A DNA stretch of 33,019 bases from Pseudoxanthomonas sp. (GTDB lineage Bacteria; Pseudomonadota; Gammaproteobacteria; Xanthomonadales; Xanthomonadaceae): positions 1 through 33,019 of the forward strand of contig DASRYD010000193.1 in NCBI GenBank assembly GCA_035653955.1. Reading direction: 5' to 3'. Shown here piece by piece: positions 8,450 through 15,890 of the stretch. Under the pieces are notes generated by a model. That model was not told the DNA's origin. It made no database searches and was given only the letters and a program-made list of their open reading frames with translations. Every line of letters begins with the position of its first letter. The stretch's first letter is position 1. Both the position numbers and the translations under genes were made by a program.

Positions 8450-9879
8450 GGAGAGTCCTTGGCCACCCGCACGATGTTGGTGATGCGATCCACGTAGTCG
8501 TTGTCCTTGTTGAAGCGAAGCGGCAGCAACGGCGTGACCGAAACGGCGTTCAAGTGCATCGAACGCATTTCCCCGTCCGCGCCGAGGAAACTGCCGCCAT
8601 TGGTATCGTGAATGACGTAGGGCATGCCGTCGATATCCCCGATGTACATCATTACATGGCCGGGAATGTAGATCAGGTCGCCAACTTCCATTGCCCGCAC
8701 CGCCGCCATGCGCTTGTCGCGGCTGTCGCCGGGCTCGAAATGGGTCCGTGCGAATACCGGGCTGATCGCCTGCGCGCTGGTATTGCGCGGCATCTGCACG
8801 CCCATGCTGCGGTAGACGTCGGAGACGAAACCGCTGCAATCGCGGCCATTGTAGGAATGGCCCCAGCCATAGCGTTCGCCCAGGAACTCGAAGGCCTGGC
8901 GCAGGATGTTGGCGCGGGTCAGCGGCAGATAATCAGCGCTGCTTTCGGCGTTCTTCTGCAACAGGGCAGGCGCGAAGCCGAGGCGGCCGTCGCCGTCGCG
9001 TACCGGCAGGTCGAGGATCCACGAACTGTAAGGGTGCTGGCCGTTGACCGGCTTGTCCGCCGCGGCGTTCGCCAGGGGCACGCGCGTGCCCATGTCCAGT
9101 TGCAGCTCCGAGACGCGCGGCGCCTCGCGGGTGAATACGGTTCGCGGCTTGGCGCCGGTGACGATCCGGTATGGCGCGCGTTGCGCATACGCGAGCACCG
9201 TCGTCCTGTCGCCTTCGGCGATGGCCTTGGCTTCCACCCATGCGGCATAGCGTGGGCTGACCACGAACAACCACTGTCCATCGTCACTGGTGTGCGCGAT
9301 GACGACCGGATCGCCGGGGAACAGCGTGCTTTCCTGGAAGCGATCGATGTCGGTATCGTCGTCGCGGCTGAACACGCGCAGTAGGGTGGGGAACGTGCGC
9401 AGCGCGGCGCGTTCGACGGCCATGCCGTAGCGCGACGTTTGGTTTGCGGGGATGGCGTCCATGGCACGGTTGGCGACGATGGCATCCAGCGTCGCCTTGG
9501 GTACCGGTTTGCCGGCTTCATCCCACAACGGTTTCGTGGGGGGCGAGGCCAGTCCGTCGATCCAACCGGCGACCTGCGTGCGCGTCAGTGTCGCGGGCAG
9601 GCCCGACAGGTCGTGCATCGAAGGGTCGTCATGCAACAGTCGCGCGTTGCGGGCGTCGATGGCGGCGCGCGGCATCAGGACCGTGTCCGGCGCGGACAGC
9701 CGTTTTATCCAGAATTCGGGCGCAAGGTAGGCATCGGCAACGCCTACGACACCGCTTTCGGGCACCGGCAACGCGGCGGCGGCCTGCCGGTCGCCGGCGG
9801 CCGCGGTCGCGACGGTCAGAACAAACCCCAGCAGGACCACGGCGGGAAGCCTCGGTCGCAAGTAGCGCATGGCGCTCAT
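8446..9879 (-). CDS. Exported SH3-domain NlpC/P60 gamma-D-glutamyl-diamino acid endopeptidase (YkfC-like), 477 aa
   Basis: RBS AAGGAGAGGG before ATG 9879; signal peptide; SH3b-like middle region (LRTFPT, DRFQES); C-terminal YGWG...DCSGF...PRNT...GDLIYIPGHV...IH catalytic triad. Confidence 0.9.
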   Translation of the reverse strand: MSAMRYLRPRLPAVVLLGFVLTVATAAAGDRQAAAALPVPESGVVGVADAYLAPEFWIKRLSAPDTVLMPRAAIDARNARLLHDDPSMHDLSGLPATLTRTQVAGWIDGLASPPTKPLWDEAGKPVPKATLDAIVANRAMDAIPANQTSRYGMAVERAALRTFPTLLRVFSRDDDTDIDRFQESTLFPGDPVVIAHTSDDGQWLFVVSPRYAAWVEAKAIAEGDRTTVLAYAQRAPYRIVTGAKPRTVFTREAPRVSELQLDMGTRVPLANAAADKPVNGQHPYSSWILDLPVRDGDGRLGFAPALLQKNAESSADYLPLTRANILRQAFEFLGERYGWGHSYNGRDCSGFVSDVYRSMGVQMPRNTSAQAISPVFARTHFEPGDSRDKRMAAVRAMEVGDLIYIPGHVMMYIGDIDGMPYVIHDTNGGSFLGADGEMRSMHLNAVSVTPLLPLRFNKDNDYVDRITNIVRVAKDSP

Positions 9880-9951
9880 TCCCTCTCCTTTTTTCCCCAG
9901 CTTGCCACCTGTGACGGCGCCGGCGCTGGCAGTGCGATTTGTGCGATGCGG

Positions 9952-10022
9952 AATACGTAATTCGTATTTGTTATACGTCAAGAATAAATTATTGACCAGT
10001 CCTGACCGTCGTGTTACACAGC
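9952..10022. promoter_or_regulatory. Divergent promoter/operator region
   Basis: AT-rich island with the inverted repeats AATACG-N5-CGTATT (9952-9968) and GTCAAgAATaaATTaTTGAC (9977-9996). On the + strand TTGACC-N17-TACACA (9992-10020); on the - strand TTGACG at 9976-9981. Confidence 0.6.
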
Positions 10023-10107
10023 CGAAGTCAACGCGGGCGCAGGCCGTCGGGCCGCACGCCTCCACGTCACGAACGAATCCAATGTCGGTCATCACCGGGG
10101 AGTGGTT

Positions 10108-13100
10108 ATGAGCAATGCACGCCGTTTGCGCAAGTCCGTACTCAACGTCGCCCTGGGCCTGTGCCTGACCTCGCTGGCCGCGCCTGGATTCGCCCAGGCC
10201 GTCACCGGTGCGGTAGCCGGCCGCGCCAATGCCGGCGACACGATCACCGTCACCAACGCCGCGACCGGCCAGAACCGCGTGGTCACGGTCGGCAAAGACG
10301 GCAGTTACCGCATCGCGCAATTGCCGCCGGGCGACTACACGTTGACCGCCGGCAACGGCAAGCCGATCGCGGTCAGCGTTTCGCTGGGCGGCACCACCAC
10401 GGTCAATCTGAGCGCCGAAGGCAGCGTCGCCAACCTGGATGCGATACAGGTGGTCGGCTCGCGCGTGGTCAACCGCGTGGACGTGCGCAGCACCGAAACC
10501 GCGACCAACGTGACCCGCGAAGAATGGGCGCGACTGCCGGTGGACCAGAGCCTGGGCGCGGTCGCGTTGATGGCGCCTGGCGTGGTGGGGTCGGGCGCGA
10601 CCTTCGGCGGCCTTACCTTCGGCGGCTCGTCGGTGGCGGAGAACGCCGTGTACATCAACGGCTTGAACGTGACCGATCCGTACCGTCGCCAGGGCTTCTC
10701 GTCGGTGCCGTTCGCTTTCTACAAGGAAGTCCAGGTCAAGACCGGCGGCTATTCCGCCGAATTCGGCCGCAGCACCGGCGGCGTCATCAACGCGGTGACG
10801 CGCTCGGGCGGCAACGAATTCCACGGCGGCGTCGAAGTGACGCTGGAACCGGCGGATTGGGCGGCCGACAAGAAGGACCATTTCCACACCGACGGCACCA
10901 TCGACGAGCGCGACCGCACCAGCCGGGACAAGAGCCCCCTGTACAAGACCAACGTGTGGGCGTCGGGCCCGATCGTGAAGGACAGGCTGTTCTTCTTCGC
11001 GATGTACGAAAAGCGCGACAACGATTCGAAGGACTTCGATACCAACGACGCCTTCATCACCGAGGGCGACAACGACTTTTGGGGCACCAAGCTTGATTGG
11101 AACATCACCGACAACCACAAGTTGGAGCTGTTGGCCTTCTCCGACAAGACAAAATCGACCACCGACATCTACGAGTACACATGGGACACGGGCAGCAAGG
11201 ACAGGCTGAAGGGCGACAGCGTTTCGGAATCCGGCGGCGATAACTGGTCGGCTACGTATACCGGACGATTCGGCGACAACTTCGTTGCCAAGGCGATGTA
11301 CGGCGTGAACAAGCGCCGGGCCGCCAACAGCAGCAACCAGGATCCGGATTGCAGCATCATCACCCGTTCGGGCGATTACACCGAGGCTTTCGGCGAAGAG
11401 ACAACGCCGGAAGGATGCCACCCGACCGACACCGGCATTGGCGATCGCAACGACAAGCGCGAGGCGGCGCGACTGGACTTCGAGTGGACGTTGGGCGATC
11501 ACCTGCTGCGCTTTGGCGTGGATCAGGAAATCATGGATTCCAACAGCGCGGTGCGGTATCCGCACGACGGCGTGAGCTACCAGGTGCAGTCCGCCACGCC
11601 GGGTGACGAGTTGCCCAACGGAGCCATAATTCCCGATGGCGTGACCGCGATCATCGATGCGCGCCATTACGTCACGGGTACGCCTGTCACGACCAAGGCG
11701 CAGGCGTTCTACCTGGAAGACAACTGGAGCGTAACCCCTAACCTGTTGCTGAGCCTGGGCGTGCGCGCCGATATGTTCCACAACAAGTACGCGTCGGGCG
11801 TGACCTTCGCCAAGGCCGATTTCAAGGACATGATCTCGCCGCGCGTCGGCTTCAGCTGGGACATGAAGGGCGACGGTACCACCAAGTTGTTCGGCAACGC
11901 AGGCCGATATTACCTGCCGCTGACCAACAAACTCGCCGACTATTTCGCCGGCAGCACTGACGAGCATACCTATTACGTGCTCGATGGCTGGACCCAAATG
12001 CAGCACCCCGTGGCAGGCGACTATCTCCTGCCGGACGTGGGCGAACAACTTGGACCGGTCGATACGACCAACAACGTGCCGGCGCCAGAGGATTTCCGCA
12101 CCGCGGTCGCGCGCGATCTGAAGATGGTCTACCAGGACGAGTACATTCTCGGCTTCCAGCAGGCGATCAATCAGGAATGGTCGTACGGGGTCAACGCCAC
12201 TTACCGGAAGGTGACCCGTGCCGTGGAGGATGTGCGCACCAACCACGTCGAAGGGTGCGATTGGTATTCCGGAGATTGGCCAATCCTCAACCCGGGTGAA
12301 ACGAACACCCTGTGGTGCCCGGATACCAACAGCTGGGTGACTTTCGACAACTCCGAGGATGGCTACAAGGCGACCGGCAGCGGCGCCATCATGGGCTACA
12401 AAAAGCCGCGGCGCACCTACAAGGCGGTCGAATTCCAGGTCGACCGCGCATGGGACGACAAGTGGGCGTTCAACGCCAGCTACATCTGGTCCAAGAGCGA
12501 GGGCAACATCGAAGGTCCGGTGAACTCGGATACCGGTTACGCCGATACCAACCTGGTGCAGTATTACGACCATCCGGCGGTCAACGAACGCTACGGCGTG
12601 CTGTTCAACGACTTCCGCCACCAGATCAAGCTGCGGGGCAGCTACAAGCTCAACGAGATGTGGAGTTTTGGCGCCACCCTTTCCGCGCGCTCTGGCGGGC
12701 CGATCACTGCCTTTGGCGTGCGCTGGCCCAATGACAACCGCAGCGCGGGCGGTCCGGGTGAGTTCAGCGGTGGCGGTTCGGGCTGGCTATGCGTGGATAA
12801 ATGCGTCGATCCTCAGGACGGCACGCCGTGGAGCTACGCGGATCGCGTATTCAAGTACAGCCCGCGCGGGGCATTCGGTCGCATGCCGTGGGTCACCAAC
12901 CTGGGACTCAGCGCGACCTGGACCTTGCCGGTGGAGGGAGTGGACCTGAAGGCCCGTTTCGCGGTGTATAACCTGCTCAACAGGCAGGTGAAGGTCAATG
13001 TGCACTCGCGCTACGAAAGCACGCCGGGAGCGCAAATGCCCTATTTCGGCGAAGGCACGGTCTGGCAATCGCCGCGTTACATGAACCTGGTCGTGAGCTG

Positions 13101-13110
13101 GAATTTCTGA
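10108..13110 (+). CDS. TonB-dependent receptor, Oar-like with N-terminal carboxypeptidase-regulatory-like domain, 1000 aa
   Basis: GGGGAG RBS; signal peptide; DGSYRIAQLPPGDYTL; plug motifs ENAVYINGLNVT and TGGYSAEFGRSTGGVINAVTRSG; SPRVGFSWD; C-terminal Phe. Confidence 0.95.
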   Translation: MSNARRLRKSVLNVALGLCLTSLAAPGFAQAVTGAVAGRANAGDTITVTNAATGQNRVVTVGKDGSYRIAQLPPGDYTLTAGNGKPIAVSVSLGGTTTVNLSAEGSVANLDAIQVVGSRVVNRVDVRSTETATNVTREEWARLPVDQSLGAVALMAPGVVGSGATFGGLTFGGSSVAENAVYINGLNVTDPYRRQGFSSVPFAFYKEVQVKTGGYSAEFGRSTGGVINAVTRSGGNEFHGGVEVTLEPADWAADKKDHFHTDGTIDERDRTSRDKSPLYKTNVWASGPIVKDRLFFFAMYEKRDNDSKDFDTNDAFITEGDNDFWGTKLDWNITDNHKLELLAFSDKTKSTTDIYEYTWDTGSKDRLKGDSVSESGGDNWSATYTGRFGDNFVAKAMYGVNKRRAANSSNQDPDCSIITRSGDYTEAFGEETTPEGCHPTDTGIGDRNDKREAARLDFEWTLGDHLLRFGVDQEIMDSNSAVRYPHDGVSYQVQSATPGDELPNGAIIPDGVTAIIDARHYVTGTPVTTKAQAFYLEDNWSVTPNLLLSLGVRADMFHNKYASGVTFAKADFKDMISPRVGFSWDMKGDGTTKLFGNAGRYYLPLTNKLADYFAGSTDEHTYYVLDGWTQMQHPVAGDYLLPDVGEQLGPVDTTNNVPAPEDFRTAVARDLKMVYQDEYILGFQQAINQEWSYGVNATYRKVTRAVEDVRTNHVEGCDWYSGDWPILNPGETNTLWCPDTNSWVTFDNSEDGYKATGSGAIMGYKKPRRTYKAVEFQVDRAWDDKWAFNASYIWSKSEGNIEGPVNSDTGYADTNLVQYYDHPAVNERYGVLFNDFRHQIKLRGSYKLNEMWSFGATLSARSGGPITAFGVRWPNDNRSAGGPGEFSGGGSGWLCVDKCVDPQDGTPWSYADRVFKYSPRGAFGRMPWVTNLGLSATWTLPVEGVDLKARFAVYNLLNRQVKVNVHSRYESTPGAQMPYFGEGTVWQSPRYMNLVVSWNF

Positions 13111-13122
13111 GTTCCATGGCCG

Positions 13123-13158
13123 GCCGGAGCCGCCGTTCGGGTGGACGGCGGCTTCGGC
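13123..13158 (+). terminator. 16-bp GC-rich stem-loop after TBDR1 (mRNA stabiliser or partial terminator)
   Basis: GCCGGAGCCGCCGTTC-gggt-GGACGGCGGCTTCGGC with two G-U pairs. No U-tract. Confidence 0.55.
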
Positions 13159-13193
13159 ATGCCGCAGACGTATCCGTAACGTAGGACGAACAC

Positions 13194-13955
13194 TTGCGTA
13201 TTGCATTGCGCTGGTTGCCGATATCGCTGCTGGCGTTGCTGCTGACGTCATGCGCCACCGGACACAACCCGCTGGCCAAGTGGGAGCGTTCGCGCAACTT
13301 CAACGAACGCCAGCCGGTCCTGGTCGTCCTGCACTACACCACCGAAGAATCGTCGGAAAAGAGCCTGCACACGCTGAAGACCGCCAACAGCAAGGGGCCG
13401 GTCGGCGTGCATTACCTGGTGGGCCGCGACGGCAGGTTGTTCCAGCTGGTCAAGGACGGCAAGCGCGCCTGGCATGCGGGTGGCGGACGCTGGGGCACCA
13501 TCGCCGACGTCAATTCCGCATCCATCGGCATCGAGCTGGACAATAGCGGCCACGATCCGTTTCCGGACGCGCAGATCGACAAGCTGATCGTGTTGTTGAA
13601 CGATCTGACCCGACGCTTGGCCATTCCGCGACAGCGAGTCATCGGTCATGAGGACATGGCCCCCGGGCGCAAGATCGATCCGGGTCCGTTGTTCCCGTGG
13701 AAACGCCTGCACGAAGCCGGCTTCGGCCTGTGGCCCGATCCGGAGGCCGGAGATCCGCCGCCGGGTTTCGACGGTTGGCTGGCGATGGCGGCGGTGGGCT
13801 ATCCGCTGGACGATCCCGAAGGTGCGTTGCGCTCCTTCCGCCATCATTTCCGCGGCATCGAGAGCCAGGGCGTCGAGTTCGAAGCTCAGGATCTGCGTAT
13901 CCTGTATGCGCTGACACGGCCGCTGGTGGCGCAACTGCCCGCGAAATCGCAATAG
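13194..13955 (+). CDS. N-acetylmuramoyl-L-alanine amidase (Amidase_2, AmiD-like lipoprotein), copy 1
   Basis: TTG start; lipobox LTSC; LHYT, AWHAG, NSASIGIELDN and IGHEDMAPGRKIDPG (Zn ligands His/His/Asp plus catalytic Glu). Confidence 0.92.
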   Translation: MRIALRWLPISLLALLLTSCATGHNPLAKWERSRNFNERQPVLVVLHYTTEESSEKSLHTLKTANSKGPVGVHYLVGRDGRLFQLVKDGKRAWHAGGGRWGTIADVNSASIGIELDNSGHDPFPDAQIDKLIVLLNDLTRRLAIPRQRVIGHEDMAPGRKIDPGPLFPWKRLHEAGFGLWPDPEAGDPPPGFDGWLAMAAVGYPLDDPEGALRSFRHHFRGIESQGVEFEAQDLRILYALTRPLVAQLPAKSQ

Positions 13956-13993
13956 CCGTTCCGGGAACGGAGCGGACGGACGGAGGGGAAATA

Positions 13994-15577
13994 ATGAAGT
14001 GTTTGGCCGTGGCGCTGCTGGTGCTTTTCGCCGGATTCCCCCGCCTGGCCCACGCGGCGGGCGCGGGTCCCGACCCGCAGGCCATCGACGCTGCGGTACG
14101 CGCCACCATCGAGCGTTACCGGCTGCCCGGCATCGCGGTCGGCGTGATCGAGGAGGGCAAGGTGACGTTCGCGCGCGGCTACGGCGAAACCGTGTACGGC
14201 AGCGGCGACCCGGTCACGACGAAGACGTTGTTCAAGATCGCCTCCAACAGCAAGGCGATGACCGCTGCCGTGCTGGCGCGGCTGGTGCAGCAAGGCAAGT
14301 TGCGCTGGGACGATCCGGTGGTGAAGCATCTGCCGGGATTCGCCATGCACGATCCGTGGGTCACTCGGCACATGACGGTCAGCGACCTGCTGGTGCACAA
14401 CAGCGGCCTGCCCGAGGGCGGCGGCGACCTGATGCTGTGGCCGGAGCCGAACCTGTTCACCCGCGACGACATCGTCAACGGATTGCGTCATATCAAGCCG
14501 GCCTACGGCTTCCGCGCTGGCTACGCTTACGACAACCTGCTGTACGTGGTGGCAGGGCAGGTGGCTGCGGCGGCGGGAGGCGCGTCCTACGAAGAACTGC
14601 TGCGGCGCGAAGTGTTCGAACCGTTGGCGCTGGATGGCTGCCGGGCTGGAGAGTTCCGACTGGCCGACGCGGGCAGTGTGGCGCAGCCGCATTCCCGCGA
14701 TGGCGACCAGGTAATCCGTACCCGCGGCGACGCCGAACTGGTGCCGGAAATCGCTTCCGCACCGGCGGGAGGCATCCGCTGTTCGCTCGACGACATGCTC
14801 GTCTGGGCGCGCAACTGGGTGGTGCCTACCGACGCGCAGAAACAATGGCTGGGCGATGCGCAGCGCGCGGACATGTGGAAGGCGCGCACGCCGATGCCGA
14901 TTTCGCAGCGGCAGAAGCGCTGGGACGGCACCCACTACTACGCATACGCCTATGGCTTTCGCCTGGCCGATGTCGACGGCGAGTGGACGGTGTCGCATAC
15001 CGGCACGCTCGGCGGCATGTATTCGATGATGATGTTGCTGCCGGATCGCAAATCCGGTTTCGTATTCATGATAAACGGCGAAGGGGGCAGCGCCCGGACT
15101 GTTCTGGGCGAGGTATTGCTCAAGCTGTTCACCGCGCCCGAGATTTCGCTGGGCGTGCGGGGATATGCCGAGGACTTGGCTAAACCGGTTGAGCCGACTG
15201 CTGCGGCAAAGCGCAGGTTGCCCGACATCGCCAAGCGCAAACCCGTCGTCGCCGACGCGATGCGCGACTGGCTGGGCACCTGGCGCGACCCGTGGTTCGG
15301 CGAGGTGCGTATCTGCGCGGTCGGCAAGGAAGTGGAGTGGCGTTCGTTGAAGTCGCCGAAGATGCATGGGCGGATAGGGAAGCTGGGCGGACGCTACCTG
15401 CTGGTCTGGGACGACGAAGCCGTCGACGAGAATGCCTGGCTGGACTTCGCCAGGCAGGGCGGCGCGCACACGTTGCGCATGGCCAAGTTCGATCCGCAGG
15501 GCGACTTCAGCTCGGACTACGAAGACCTCGCCCTCGCTCGCGTTGGCGATTGCCCAACGACGACGCCAGAGCCATAG
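13994..15577 (+). CDS. Exported serine hydrolase (beta-lactamase class C / DD-peptidase superfamily) with C-terminal beta domain, 527 aa
   Basis: GGAGGGG RBS before ATG 13994; signal peptide; SxxK (IASNSK), YxN (YDN) and HTG motifs. Confidence 0.9.
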   Translation: MKCLAVALLVLFAGFPRLAHAAGAGPDPQAIDAAVRATIERYRLPGIAVGVIEEGKVTFARGYGETVYGSGDPVTTKTLFKIASNSKAMTAAVLARLVQQGKLRWDDPVVKHLPGFAMHDPWVTRHMTVSDLLVHNSGLPEGGGDLMLWPEPNLFTRDDIVNGLRHIKPAYGFRAGYAYDNLLYVVAGQVAAAAGGASYEELLRREVFEPLALDGCRAGEFRLADAGSVAQPHSRDGDQVIRTRGDAELVPEIASAPAGGIRCSLDDMLVWARNWVVPTDAQKQWLGDAQRADMWKARTPMPISQRQKRWDGTHYYAYAYGFRLADVDGEWTVSHTGTLGGMYSMMMLLPDRKSGFVFMINGEGGSARTVLGEVLLKLFTAPEISLGVRGYAEDLAKPVEPTAAAKRRLPDIAKRKPVVADAMRDWLGTWRDPWFGEVRICAVGKEVEWRSLKSPKMHGRIGKLGGRYLLVWDDEAVDENAWLDFARQGGAHTLRMAKFDPQGDFSSDYEDLALARVGDCPTTTPEP

Positions 15578-15679
15578 CAAAGGTGTCCGTTTTTTCCCCC
15601 GTTTACGTGCATCGATATGCGTCACGGCGCGCAAGGCCGATCGGATTGGCAAGCGGATGCCGCGAGGTACCAAAGGCCG

Positions 15680-15719
15680 TTGACGCTTTTGTGAATACCG
15701 TGTTAAACAGCAAATAACA
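15680..15719 (+). promoter_or_regulatory. Putative sigma70 promoter/operator of TBDR2
   Basis: TTGACG at 15680 followed by TGtTAAACA at 15701-15709; inverted repeat TGTTA-N9-TAACA (15701-15719). Confidence 0.5.
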
Positions 15720-15890
15720 TCGCGCTGCCGCAGCTGCACGCCACGCCATGGGGATACCGGCTCCAGAACCATCCCGATGGCTTCGTGCGCGAACGGGGGA
15801 AATCGGTCGCGCGTATGGCCACGGGCAAGGGAAGGCCGCCGTTTCGCGCCCGTCTGCTCTGCTCCATTGTCCATTTCGTCCGGAGACAAC

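Noticed and set aside
8446-12621. 1391-aa minus-strand ORF as a giant NlpC/P60 fusion
   Set aside because: The first ~914 codons are the antisense shadow of TBDR1 plus the promoter region. A strong RBS and signal peptide define the start at 9879.
13994-15577. Antibiotic-resistance beta-lactamase (ampC)
   Set aside because: It has HTG rather than KTG, an extra C-terminal domain and a peptidoglycan-catabolic context. The fold alone does not imply resistance.
15690-15705. CRP/Clp site TGTGA-N6-TGTTA
   Set aside because: The second half-site matches TCACA poorly.
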